From: Vitrella brassicaformis CCMP3155
Taxonomy: Eukaryota > Protista > Chromerida
Reading direction: 5' to 3'
DNA: 64,000 bases
NCBI GenBank assembly: GCA_001179505.1
Contig: CDMY01000531.1
Span: 1 to 64,000, forward strand
Below the pieces are notes generated by a model that did no database searches, was not told where the DNA came from, and worked only from the letters and a program-made list of their open reading frames with translations. This document shows positions 12,447 to 24,868 of this stretch, piece after piece (position 1 is the stretch's first letter; the number at the start of each line of letters is the position of its first letter). A program made the translations under genes and the position numbers.

Positions 12447-14028
12447 CTACCGGCCGGCGATGGCCGTGGCGGCTATGCCCATGTGTGCGGCCTTGCCCTC
12501 CACCGATCTGGCCACTTGCGAGTCGCCCAGGCGTGTGAGCAGCGACCGGAAGTGACCCAGCTCCGACGAACTCAGCATCTTAAACTGAACTGACGCCTGC
12601 ACACACACGCACACACAACACAGGAGGTCAGCACACGTCCGTGTGTGTGTGTGTTTGTGTGTGGCTGTCTGTCTGAGACCTGGTAAGTGCTGAGTAGGGC
12701 GTCGAGGAGCCCCGCCACCTGCTCGTGTGTCATCTTCTCCCCCTCTGTCCTCTCTGTGTCCTCTGTCATCCGCTTGAGGATTTCGGCGAGCAGGTCGGGC
12801 TCGATCGACGACTTGACAAACGCCTGACCGACCGACGGAGGGAGGGAGGGAGGGAGGAAGCATAGCAGACACGGTGGGTGGATGGATGGTGCGTCCGCGT
12901 GTTATAAGCTACCTACCCTTTTGATGGCATCAGGCGTGACGCGCTGCCGCAGATACCGGGCCTGCTCATCGGGATGGTGCCTGTCAACATGGATGGATGG
13001 ATGGATGGAACCATATTAGTGCGTTTATTCACTTGAGTGAGTTCCACACTCGCTGCAGCTCGTATGCGCTCCGTGGGGGGTTCGGGGGCACAGGAGGGAC
13101 CGCCAGCTTGGACAAACGAAGCGCACTAGTGGCCTGCACACGCACACGGGAGCACACACACATAGACACGTGAGCATCAATGTCACAGCTGGACAGAGGT
13201 CTGTTCGGTGGAGACCTGTGTCCTGGCCGAGACTGCCCTGCGTTTGTCCTGCTGCTCGACGATTTGTTTGAGTATGTTGGCTTTGAGCTCGACGGCCTCC
13301 CTGCTCTCGACCTTCCTGGCCACGTGGTAGTCTACCACTGTCTGAACCTGGGCGTGTGACACACATGAACAATCCATCCATCCACACATCCCTCGGCGGC
13401 CGACAGGCGGACTGCTTACTGTCTTGAGGGCCTCGTCGAGCTTCCCCGCACCTTGGCGGCTCATCGCAACGGCACACCTGACACCATACAAACACACGCA
13501 TATACTCGCACCCATGATGCGCTGCATCAGATTCCTGCCTGCCTGCCTGCCTGCCTCACTTGTATGCGGCCTTGATGTTGTCGGGATTGACCTCGAAGGC
13601 CCTGCGGCCGTCCCGTTCGGCATCCTCCCACCGCTCCAGCTTCAGGAAGGCCTGCGACCGGTTGCTGTAGAGAAAGGACAAGAGCTTCGTACCCTCAGAC
13701 ACAGGAGGGCTCGTGGGGGCGGTGGTGGGTTCCTCGACGCCCGGCACTTTGCCCGCCCTGATGAGGAGAGGGGAAGGGCGTGGTCATGTGTGTGACGTGT
13801 TGTGATGGTTGCCCGCCTCCACTCTGCCCACCCACTCCCTTACTCGCACAGGTCGATGCATTCAGAGAACCACTGAACGGCCTCGTCGATGTTGCCCCGC
13901 ATGAAGGCCTCGTTACCCTTGTTCTTGCCCTCAGCGAGCCCCTCAAGCGTCGCTGACACGCGGCCAGAACCCTCCTCCTCTCTCTCTGCACCATTCACCA
14001 TGGTGGTCTCTGCTCGCGCGTCCACTGC

Positions 14029-14059
<31 letters not shown>

Positions 14060-16241
14060 TGGGTGTGTTGGTCTTGCTCTTCTGTGTCGCTGTCGGTTTC
14101 GTCCTCGACAATGACCATGCGCTTGCTGCCCGGTTTGGTAGTGGTGGTGGTGGATGAGGGAGCTGCATCGACTGGTGGCTGCGGTGGCTGTGGCTGGGGG
14201 ACTGGTGCTGCCGGGGGCGGTGCTGGTGCTGGTGTTGGTGGTTTGGCTTTGCTCTGCCGCCGTGCCCTGTCGGCGTCGTCTTCCTCGTATATCTCCTCTA
14301 TCATGACCCTGTTGGTGTGCAAACAGACAGACACGCAGATATCCATCGACACCCACGGCATGAAGGGTCTCGCACCATATCATCTCGCTCACCTGTTGTC
14401 GTGGTATGCGGTGGTGGTGCTGGGTGCAGCCGACGGCATCTTGAGGCCCTCGGGGAAGAAGTCGCTCTCCCCTTCGCCCTGCTCTTCGCTGCCTCTGGGG
14501 ATGGCCACGTCGTGCATTCCCTTGCTCTTGCTCGTGCTGCTGCCGTTGCTGGTGGGAGGGATGGGCTTCAGGCTGGCCCCGCCCCTCTCCCTCTCCCTCT
14601 CCCTCTCCCTCTCCTTGGGTGACTGCTCGGGTGCCTGCTCTTCGCCCTTTTTCTGCCGCTCCAGCGCCTGCAGCCAACAACACGGGTATGGTTTCCTCGC
14701 TCTCTCTTCCGTCTGCATTTGGGTGTTGTCGTCACCTTTTGCGCGGCGTCGAGGTCTTCCTTGAGCTCCTTGAGGTTGGGCTCACGGTCGAGCGCCTTGC
14801 GGAAATCCTTCACCGCATCGCCATATAGACCTAGCAACATCCGGGCCTTGCCACTGACATACAACACACCACACCGCACATACAGCACACCACATCGGGC
14901 CTCTTTTGTGGGTTCTTCTGGCTGGCCTTTGTCGGCTCACCGCCTGTGCATGGCCTTGGTGTATGTGGGGTCGATGGCGAGTGCGCTCTGGCAGTCCTCC
15001 AGCGCCTCAGGAGCCTTCTTCTGCCTGCACACAGGCACACGCCCACACGCGTGAATCCAGCGAGTCAGACCGCCATGTGTATCGGTCTGTCTGTCTCACT
15101 TGAGGTAGACGAGCGCTCGGTTGCAGAATGCGGCAGCGGCGTTGTCGGACTCCTTGTCGAGACTCAGCGACCTGCCGTAGCACTCAGCCGCCTCCTGCAG
15201 ACAGACAGACAGACAGACAGACAGGAAGCGCCTGTCAGGTCAGGTGAGTTCGCTTCTCTGTTGCTCACGTCAAGGTCTCCAGCTTTGAAGGCCTCGTTGC
15301 CCTTCTTCCGCTCATGCTCGGCCGTGAGCTTCCGGTCCCTCTCTGACAGATGCTGATACTGACTGGGAATCGGATTGCAAACCTGAAAACTCACACACGA
15401 AACACAGGTGTGGTGTGCGCGGCGCAGCCACTGATCCATCGCCCCGGCCGATATCGGTACCTCCGATTTGGTGCCATTGAGCACGTCGCTGTGGCCTGCG
15501 GCTTCCTTTGACGCATCCTCGTGTGCCTCCACCTGTCCACCAAAACACCACACACGCTCCATCCATCCATTCATTCTCTTCATTCAGCCCACATCAGCTC
15601 ACATCGAATTTGTCCCATGCGGCATAGTAGTCCTTGATGGTCTTGCCGTCGCGAGCCATCGGCTTGGCCGCCGCGCCGCCCTTCCGCCCACCGCCGCCAG
15701 CACCAGCAGCGCCCTCATCCGTCGCCTCGGCTTCCCGTTGGTCGTCTGTCGGTTCCCTCGCCGGCCGGGTCGTCGTCAAGTGTGACGCCCGGGGCGGCGG
15801 TCGGTCCTGTGACGATACACACAGCAGAGGAGGGTGAAGGCTGTCTGTCTGTCTGTGGGGGTACCTGAAATGCAGCGTCGATGGACAAGTGAGATCTGGT
15901 CTGCTCGGCGAAATTCCTCTTGCTCTCCTCTGTCCATTGGTAGATGTCCTCGGTGGCCGCCGCAATCTCCTCTCGAGTAGGCTCGGCGAACTGACGCATG
16001 CATGACACGGAGCATCACATATGCACATCTGCCTGTGGATGGACGCATCCATGAAGTTATTGGTCACCGTTTTGGTGCAGGTAGGGTCCAGATCTCCGAG
16101 TTTGATGCGGCATTTCTTGAGCAGGTCCGTGTAGACGCTGCCGTCGTCCTCGAGCGCCTTGATCCAGGTCTTGAGTTTTCGAGGGTCCTCGCACTCATCC
16201 ACCGCCTCAAAGGTGATGTCCTCCAGACGCACACCCGACAT
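12447..16241 (-). CDS. SPAG1/RPAP3-like TPR co-chaperone with RPAP3_C domain
   Basis: N-terminus ITFEAVDECEDPRKLKTWIKAL...YTDLLKKC resembles the SPAG1 N-terminal motif (from memory). Also YYAAWDKFDV, two TPR clusters (ERKKGNEAFKAGD..FCNRALVYLK..KAMHRR; KNKGNEAFMRG..YSNRSQAFLKL..NIKAAYK) and C-terminal AFVKSSIEPDLLAEIL...FKMLSSSE. Confidence 0.85.
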
Positions 16242-16458
16242 ACTGGTCCGGACTCCCAGCAGTAGCGGTTTCGTGAAAGCACCCTAGGCCTTCGCAAGCT
16301 GAGAAACGGCCAATAGCGAAAGGTATGCCGCGATGAAGCAACCTGACTCAACACAACCGACGTTTCTTTCTTTGGCTTTCATATCTCTCACCCCATCTGC
16401 CGACGAACCTGCTGCCTTTCCCCCTGGTCTTTCCCCAAGCTTACCAGAGACAAACTAA

Positions 16459-17607
16459 ATGGAGGAGCTGACAAGACAGCTGGATTCCTGCCAGCAGCGG
16501 CTAGTCGAGGAACTCGCCAAAGAGCGGGATGAGCTGAAGGCTGAGCGTGATCATTACAAGGCAAGGCTGGAGGTCGCAGAGGAGCGCAATCGACAGACGG
16601 AGATCTACATCAATGAGCGACTGGACAAGGCAGAAGACCGCATCAAGGCCCTCGAAGGCAAGCCGGCACTCAGCCCTCACGCCCCTCACACCATCGTGTG
16701 GGCGGGCGGTGAGTACTATGGCCGTCTTTGCGACGGCGTTCCTGATGGCAGTGGGCTGCTGCGGACACTGGACGGCTGCCACAAGCTGTATGACGGAGAA
16801 TGGAAGGCGGGCAAGCGTGAGGGTGACGGCATGAGCTACTTCGACACCAACAGCCAAAGCAAACCCAACCCACTGAAGTATCGTGGCCAGTGGAAGGAGG
16901 ACCACTGCCACGGCCACGGCATCGGCTATCACGCCGCTGGCAGGGTATTGTACGATGGCCAGTGGAAGAATGGCCAACACGACGGGCAGGGCACCTACCA
17001 CCAGATCGCATTCGTCTATGGTTTCTACACGGGCGGGTGGGTGGCTGGCGAGATGCATGGCCAGGGCGAGATGACGAACTACACATCGCGTCAAGACGGG
17101 AAATGGCAGCGCTACTCCGGTGCAACTCTCAACGGCCAGCGTCACGGCAGGGGCAAGCTTGAACAGCTCCTTCAGGGTGGCGTCTGGATCTGGGAGTACG
17201 AGGGGCAGTGGGTGGAGGGGAACCGGTGCGGCCAAGGGACGGCCTATTGGCTGAAGGAAGACGGCAAATGCTGCTATGAGGGAGAATGGGCCGATGATAT
17301 GATGCACGGCAAAGGGAAGGCCTTCGATAATAGCGGTGCTACTGTGTTATTCGATGGCGAGTGGCGGCAGGGGAGGTTGCACGCTGGAGTGTTCTTGCCC
17401 GATGACTCCCCAGTGTCGTGGAAGGCGGGGCAGAGGATTTCAAGTGCCGTCAGGAAGAAGCTGGAGAAGTTATGTGGCGAGACTCCTGACTGGCTGCCCG
17501 AAGCTGAGCCGGATGGCCAGACACAGACACGAGGAGGCTTGGCATCTGGCCAGACACGAGGAGGCTTGGCATCTCTGCTCCGGCCGAACTATACACACAT
17601 GCAGTGA
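16459..17607 (+). CDS. MORN-repeat protein with N-terminal coiled coil, intronless
   Basis: Repeated YxGxW...xGxG units (YDGEWKAGKREGDG, YRGQWKEDHCHGHG, YDGQWKNGQHDGQG, YEGQWVEGNRCGQG, YEGEWADDMMHGKG) and a heptad-rich first 67 aa. Confidence 0.9.
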   Translation: MEELTRQLDSCQQRLVEELAKERDELKAERDHYKARLEVAEERNRQTEIYINERLDKAEDRIKALEGKPALSPHAPHTIVWAGGEYYGRLCDGVPDGSGLLRTLDGCHKLYDGEWKAGKREGDGMSYFDTNSQSKPNPLKYRGQWKEDHCHGHGIGYHAAGRVLYDGQWKNGQHDGQGTYHQIAFVYGFYTGGWVAGEMHGQGEMTNYTSRQDGKWQRYSGATLNGQRHGRGKLEQLLQGGVWIWEYEGQWVEGNRCGQGTAYWLKEDGKCCYEGEWADDMMHGKGKAFDNSGATVLFDGEWRQGRLHAGVFLPDDSPVSWKAGQRISSAVRKKLEKLCGETPDWLPEAEPDGQTQTRGGLASGQTRGGLASLLRPNYTHMQ

Positions 17608-18096
17608 GTGATGCGTGAGATCGTACAGCTGAGTTGCATCCTGTCCTTCGATGTGTGTCATATGGTGTAGTGTATCCCTGACAATCTTCGTGTGCGTCTG
17701 CGTGGTGTGTTTGTGTGAGTGTCTCTTGTCGGTAGGCAGTGAATTTTATCTGTGCGCTGGGCTCTGGTGCCGTGATTTCGTTAATGGAGGCAGACAAAGA
17801 CCCATTGAGAGCGAGCAGAGCGTGTGATCGGGAGTATTTGATGTATGTTCAGAACAGTCAGAACAGCGAAGAAATGCATGATTCAGTGCAAGGAGAAGCA
17901 TCGAACCATGGCCGCACCGCACTTGCGCCACACAAGCTATACAAGCACGCCACACCTGTGTCGCTATCTTACCCTTAACCACTGCGCGAAACGATCGGCT
18001 TGTGCGAGCTTAGGGAAAGAAGGGGCGCGATTTTCTTCACTCTTTTGGAGGAGCTGTGAGCTCGATCTCATCGCGGAGAGCGCACCACCAAACGAG

Positions 18097-19110
18097 ATGA
18101 AGATGCCGAGCTGGTCCCTGGCGGCGTCTTTCATCCCCGTGCTGTTGGCACTCGTGCAGCTCCGCGTTCACTCCATGTCTGTGAGGCGTCCACACTCGGC
18201 ATTCATCCCTTCGCCAATGGAGAGGCAAGTGATGCAGAGGAGGCAAAACGGACTGACGCGGGCGAACGTGGAGCCGTCAGAGAGGAGAAGGCGGCACGTC
18301 CTCCCCGCATCACCAGCATCCAGACGCGGCAGATTCGATGAGGTGGCGGCTTCGGCGTTCCTGCTGTTCGGCGGACTCTCGATGACTCCCGCAGCTGCTG
18401 ATGCCGCGACAGGTGGAAGGGGCGGAGGCAGACCTTCTGGATCGTCGGCGGGCCGGTCATCAAGTGCTGGGCGGAGCGCCTCGGCGGGCAAGGCCAGCTC
18501 CGGCGCAGCACGGAGCGTCAGCCCGAAGGCGGCTGCGCCAGAGCCCTCGCGGACGCCATCTTCCCCTCCGCGGCCATCTGCTGAAAAGACGCCCTCTTCG
18601 TCGAGCCGGCCACCGTCTGAGAGTGAGTCGAGCATCAGCAGAAGCGAGAAGCTGAGGGAGGACACCAAGTCGGCAGAGCAGAAGTACCAAGAGCTACTCA
18701 AGAGCGACTCGTTCGGTCCAAAGAAGAGCGCCACCACGCCCTTACCGGCAGCCCCTGGAGGCGGTGCAGCACCCGCACCGGCGGCCCCTGCCCCTGCAGC
18801 CCCGGCCGCTCCCCCCTCCGGCCCTACCAACATCTATGTGCAGCCTGCCCCGACAGTGACCTACTTCGGCGGCCCATCCTTTTTCCCTTTCTGGGGGCCG
18901 CCAGCGCCTGTGTTCCCCATCCCCGTCCCTGTGCCCGTGCCTGCGCCTCAGCCAAGGTGAGTGGACGGACGGAGTGGCAAGACAGACAGACAGACAGACG
19001 GACGGACAGTGGGCCGCTGGCGCATGTGATAATGGGCTCATGTGTGTGTCTTCAGCGTTCGTGTTGAAGAAAACATCATAGTGCGGAATGTGACGGTCGA
19101 CACGCGCTGA
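18097..19110 (+). CDS. Plastid/thylakoid-targeted Gly/Ser/Pro-rich hypothetical protein
   Basis: Signal peptide (MKMPSWSLAASFIPVLLALV), SAFIP motif, Arg-rich transit region, then RRGR+hydrophobic stretch+ADA|A. One intron (18958-19055), last exon SVRVEENIIVRNVTVDTR*. Confidence 0.7.
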
Positions 19111-19581
19111 GGAGACAGGAGTGTGTGCACGCCAGTACGTAGCGTCTTGGTCGTCCTGTGCAGTGCTCTTTCATGCCTAGCGCTCATGCAGTAGCTACTC
19201 TTGACTCTCTGTGCAGTCTGTGTCGAATTCACCCCGTGTGGTATATCGCAGTTGTGCTGGTCTGTTCTGGGCGGTTTTGCAGCCGAGTTTTTGGACACGT
19301 GAGGTGGATTGGGCGAGGTGATTGATGGTCCTGAATGATGTGAATTTCTGTCCTGCAGTGTGTTTACAAACCAACTTCTTAGCTCGCGCAATTCCCTTCC
19401 CTCCCCTCGCGCGTGGCTCCTTCCCCGACCCACACAGACACAGTCTTCCACATTGAGTGATGCGTTCTCGTGTCACTTCCAAGCTGATTGGCGCCGGCTC
19501 GTTCAACTTGGGGTGAGTATTGCCGAGCCCTCCGTTCGAATTCTGCCCAGGCAGATTGCCCTTCGAGACAACAAGCTGACC

Positions 19582-20853
19582 ATGACGATGTCGCCGAGGC
19601 ACAGCGCCCTGCTGTCCACCACACGCAAAACAACCAACGAAGCCACTGCGGTAAGGGCCCGGACCGTGCCCCCACGAGCAGCTCATGGGGGAAGGGCAAT
19701 GTTACAGCCATATGACCATGGTTTTTCATCTCTGTAGGCGTTTGCGAGTCGCCATCGACCGGAGGAGGTCAACAAGTTCCTCGAGCAATGCGGATGGTTT
19801 GCTCTGCTCACTCGCCTGGCGCAGATTGAGAGAAGGTGAGAGGACCGGACGGCATGTGTCATGGTGGAACTCTGCACTGCGATTGGTGCTTGTGCTCGCG
19901 TAGGATATCTGACCTTGAGCGCGACGACGGTCGGCTGCGAACATCAAAGCAGCAAGATGAGGACATCTTCTCGAGGATGGAGAGGCAGAAGGAACTCATT
20001 GAGGTAGTAAGCCGGCCTACCATACCACTGCTGCGCACACCGTCGATCCGTCCGCGTCTCACCCAGGATGCGAAAGGCCTGCTGAACCGCAAGACAGTCG
20101 AGTATCGAGAGGAGATGACTGAACTGCACAGACAAGAGATGCAGAGAGGTGAGTGGGAGAGGCGTGGGCAAAACAAATGAGCGTGCCTTTTCCGTCTTGC
20201 TCTCGCGCAGACTTGAAAGAGATAGCGTCGCTGCCTGACGACGTCATCTCCAGAAACGTCAAACGAGCGTGAGCAACGCAACGCAACGCAACGCGCCCCT
20301 GTCGGCATGGCTGTGTGTGGTGTTGGCATTGGCTGAAGTCTGAAGAAGTTCAAGTCCAACATGCGCACCAGGCGCGTCTCTCTCGACATTGCCAACAAGA
20401 AAATCAATGAATGGAGCCTGCCGCAGGTCCGCACGATGCCTCGATGTCGATCGACCCGATAGCCTCTGCTGTTGTCGTGTCTCTGTCTCTGCAGCTGATA
20501 AAGGAGGTCAAAGAGTCTCGAAAGAGGGCCCGCAGCATTGCGTCAATGACCCTCAGGCAAAGCCTCATGTCCGAAAGCTCACCAGGTCTGCAGTCGACTC
20601 ATCTACCGAACAGAGCGCCGTGTGTATCCCTCCGATTCTGTTCTGTGTCTGCTCAGGTCACCGGCCGACGATTGCCGGCAGGAAGGCGACCAATCCCAAG
20701 CCGTCTGCCCCCCTAATTGAAGCGCCTGTTGCGCTGGCTGTTGGTGATGAGGGCACGCCCTCGCGAAGCCCCCAGCCGCCGTCGTCCTCTGCGAGCGGGC
20801 CGCACCCGCCCCTGTCGCCCAGATCTCAGAGACCCTCGGTCACCCCGAGATGA
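19582..20853 (+). CDS. Hypothetical coiled-coil protein, multi-exon
   Basis: Phase-consistent GT-AG exons: MTMSPR..EATA|AFASRHRPEEVNKFLEQCGW..|ISDLERDD..|DAKGLLNRK..|DLKEIASLP..|LKKFKSNMR..|LIKEVKESRK..|..VTPR*. Confidence 0.65.
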
Positions 20854-21247
20854 ATGATATTGGGAGGGGGGGGGAAGGTCAGGCAAAGAGGGATGCAGGG
20901 ATGGAGCAGAGGTGAATGTGTTGGCGGCGGTGTTTCGACAGGTCGGTTTGTTGTGAGGGGTTGTTGTTTTGTTTTGCTCAATGTGAGTAGCGCGGCGAGA
21001 CCACTGTTCTTCTTTCTTCTCTGGCGAGAGATGCATGGCATGGCGTGTGGCCTTCCTTGGTGTGTGTGGTCTGGCCAACGAAGTTGGATCATTCGAAGCG
21101 AACGACAAGTATCCATGCACTCCTTCAACAACATGAGTGTATGTTTCCACGAGAAATGTATGTATGCACCGTCTCAATCACTATCTACACCTCTCCCCAA
21201 CAGACAGATCCACCCCTTCCTTCCTCTCCCTTGTGTCTGTGTGTGGT

Positions 21248-21791
21248 TTAGTCCTCCACAGCGGGTGGTGACACGGGCAGAGATGTCTGTGGTGTTGCGA
21301 AGTCTGCCGCCAGCCGCCTAGTCCACTCTGCGAGTGCCGCCAACGGGCTGTCTCCCTCATCCTTGGGAGGGAGGGGGAAACCCGACGGCTGCTTGCTCAC
21401 CTCGCGCATTGTGGCCATGAATGTGCGGATGGCATTCTCGGCCTCCGTCGCCCGACGCTCGAGAGACGCAAACTGCAGCAGCATGGAACGGGGGGTGAGA
21501 GAGGAAGGGATGAGAGATCTGACGTGTGGATCTGTCGTAGGGATCACCTGCTCCGCATATTGGCCATTCAGCTCCTCCACGGCGCGAGGCACATTAGGCG
21601 GAAGGCACATTAGGCGCTTATAGTACCGCAACTCCTGCACAAACAGAAACAAAGTCGCTGCAGAAATGAACGCCCCCCTCTTGCCGTGGTGCATCCCCCA
21701 GCCTCACCTGCCTAAAGGCCTCCTCAGCGACGGGACGCTCCTTCAATGCAGCACGAAGCTCTTTGTACTCCTTCATGAAGCTGCTGCTCAT
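21248..21791 (-). CDS. Small hypothetical protein (about 130 aa), 3 exons
   Basis: MSSSFMKEYKELRAALKERPVAEEAFRQ|ELRYYKRLM..YAEQ|FASLERRATE..PPAVED* with canonical splice sites in phase. Confidence 0.65.
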
Positions 21792-21928
21792 CCGAACTGG
21801 CCTTCCTCGCCGTCAACGTGGCGCTGCCTACAGCTACAAGGCGGGCGCCCATTTGGGGAGAGCTGCGTTTACAAGGCAGCGTAAATACGGGTGACGGGTC
21901 GCGCCCCGCCTGAGTTTGAGGATTGAGG

Positions 21929-22942
21929 ATGGAGGGCGCTTCCTGTTTCATTTGTTTGGGCGGCCCGGACGAAGGCAAACTCGAGAAGCCGTGCAGATGC
22001 CGTACCTCGCACCGCAGCTGCCTCGACACGTGGCGCAAGCAGAGTGAGAAAGAATGCCACTGGACGGATTGAATGGAACAAAGAGCACACACGGTGGCTT
22101 ATGTATGCCGTCTACAGGCAAGGACCCCACCCGCTGTGAGATCTGCCAGAGGTGATGGATGCGTCACAAAAAAAACAACAAATCCATCCATCCATCCATC
22201 GTGTGTTGTATCCTTCCTGCAGTGTGTACCTGACCGTCGCATCGCTCACCGTGGCGCTTCCGTCGGTGTCCGAGGTGCTGCGGTTCATGGTCTTCCGCCT
22301 GGCATACCCCATCATCTGCGTGTTGCTGCTGCTGTACATTCCCGTGCCCGAGCAGCCCGTGGCGACGGAGCTCAGCTGCATCGACGCCGTCAAGATTTGC
22401 AACGACTTGATGCACCACCCCAACCCGGCCGTGCACTCCCCGTGGGCAAAGATCTGCCTTCCCTTCAACTACGACGCGTATCATGCCAGATACGAGAAGG
22501 GGACTGCCCATGGAATCAAGGAGGTCATCAGAGGCCGGGCTCTCGTCCCGCCCAGGCGACTGCGCGGCGTCCTGATGGACCTTGCAGTCAAATGGGCCCT
22601 CCCAGTACGTCTTTACGCATTCCAATGGATGGATACCCACCGTCATTGTCACTTCCTTTTGTGCTGCTTGTGTATGTTGTCGGTGCCGTGCAGGAGTTCG
22701 TCATCCTGTTTGCATCGCTGTGGCTCTTCAAGGCACTCGCCGAGGTCGCCCCCCAGCTGCCCAACCCCATCTGGCACATCATGACCATTCGCAGGCTGTT
22801 CCACGGCGTGCCGCACATGCAGTGCTACCTCTATTGGCACCATGCGGCCCGGTTGGGCATCTCTGGCATCTCGCTGTTCCTTCTGCTCACTGCCATACGC
22901 ATCGCGCTGGATCTTGCGATGACTGAAATGGGGGTGCAGTGA
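21929..22942 (+). CDS. RING-CH (RINGv/MARCH-like) membrane E3 ligase, copy 1
   Basis: MEGASCFICLGGPDEGKLEKPCRCRTSHRSCLDTWRKQ|SKDPTRCEICQ, followed by hydrophobic transmembrane-like segments. 4 exons. Confidence 0.8.
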
Positions 22943-23313
22943 GAAGGCAGGTGCAACCAATGGTCCCGCGACAGACAGACAGACAGACAGACAGACAGAG
23001 GCGCCAACACTCAATGCTAAATCGAGTGCATTGATGAGACCCAGAGCAACATGACTGACACACGTATGGCCATCAACACACCATGAATGTCCATGGATGC
23101 AGCACCATGTACTGTGTGTGCGTCTTGAAAAATGGCATGACATCGATCTCAGAAGGGAATATGTATAGGGCAGCTGGGCCCGCAGGATCATCGATCAAAG
23201 TCAGAAAACGCGCCGCCCAAGTGTCATCTTATGGCACCAGCGACAAAACGTCTGTGTTTACATCATCACCACCGTAATAACTGGAGTCTAACGCTAGAAA
23301 GGTGTTTCTTGTG

Positions 23314-24279
23314 ATGGAAGGTGAGAACTGTTTCATTTGCTGGGACGCCGAGAAGGGAGAAAAACTCGAGAAGCCGTGCAAGTGCCGTGCCGCTCATCGC
23401 AGCTGCCTCGACGAGTGGCGCACACTGAGTGAGAATCACCGGGAGGGGAAGGCACGCCGAAGATCACTCTCTGTCCGATGCAGGCCAGCATCCCACCCAT
23501 TGCGAGATCTGCAAGAGGTGAGTGGCGTCACAGCACGGAACTGCCTGATATTTTGTCTTGTTGTGTGCCAGCAAGTACCCCACAGCCGCCCCCCTCTCGG
23601 CGACCCTTCCGACGTTGTCCGAGCTGCGGTGGTTCATCGTCGTCCGCCTCGCCGCACCCCTCCTCGTCCTCATTCCCTTTTTGTTTATCCCCCTGCCTCA
23701 CGATGTGGTGACGGAACTCAGCTGCATCGACCCCGTCAAGGTGTGCAACGACCCCGCCGTGCACTCGGCGTGGGCAAAGATCTGCCTGCGCCTCGACTAC
23801 GACGCGTATCGTGCCATACACGCCAACCGCAACATCGAGGGCATCGACGACAACCGCTTGTTCACCCTGAAGGAGAAGATAATCCTTTGGAGTCGCATCA
23901 CTCCCAAGTGGCTGCGTCAGCTGATTGAGTTTGCAGTGCTGCAGCGGGCCCTGCCAGTATGTCAACACACCGCCCACCCTGTTCTCCTGCATCCATGGTT
24001 GTTTGGGGCTTTGCTGTTCAGGAGTTTCTCATCCTGTTTGCAACGCCGTGGCTCTTGAAGGCACTCGCCGAGGTCGCCCCCCAGCTGCCCAACCCCATCT
24101 GGCACATCATGACCTTTCGCAAGCGGCTCCACGGCGAGCAGCACAGGCATAGCTTCCTTGCCCTCTGTTTTCCTATGGCAGTCAATATGACAGTTCATAT
24201 TGTGCAGTTCATGTTATGGGGCACGGTGGGTCATCTCTATACAACACCAACGCAATATTTGATGCGGGGCTGGGGCTGA
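23314..24279 (+). CDS. RING-CH membrane E3 ligase, tandem paralog copy 2
   Basis: MEGENCFICWDAEKGEKLEKPCKCRAAHRSCLDEWRTL|SQHPTHCEICK. Shares intron positions and TELSCID/WAKICL/KALAEVAPQLPNPIWHIMT blocks with copy 1; the 3' flanks are also similar (23010-23140 vs 24447-24600). Confidence 0.8.
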
Positions 24280-24868
24280 TTGGTGGGGATTGGGTGCCAC
24301 GGCTGGGCAGGGAGGGCAGCTCAACGCTATAATCCGCTTGGTTTCACTATGCGCTTGCGCGAGGCACAATTGGCGAGGCGTGATGGATGGATGAGCTGAC
24401 GAGGCGGATACAATGAACAAGCGATAGACAGAGGGCGACCGATCGGTGCTCAATCGAGTGCGTTGATGAGAGTCAGATCAACACGATGCGTGTGTGTCCA
24501 TTGATTGATACAGCAGCATGTACCTACACATTTGTCATGTACGTACGTGTCATGGGTGATGGGTGTGCGTGTGTGCGTCTTGACACAGAAAAATGGCGTC
24601 ACCTCACGTCGGTATCACACCAAACTGAAGGAGGAAAGAGGAGGGAGGGCGAGCACACCATTGGCCAAAGCCAGCTGTATGAAGAAACGAGTCGCATACG
24701 GGCACACAAAAAGTCTCAGTGCCCTGCCCTGTATACTGGCCTGTCTTAAATACTTGAGCGAAGTTGTAATCGACACACACACACAGATACCCCACCCACG
24801 CACTACACTACCCTCCCCACCCTGTCACGTCCACCCACCCTTCATCAGCCACGGAGTGAGTCGGCCAG

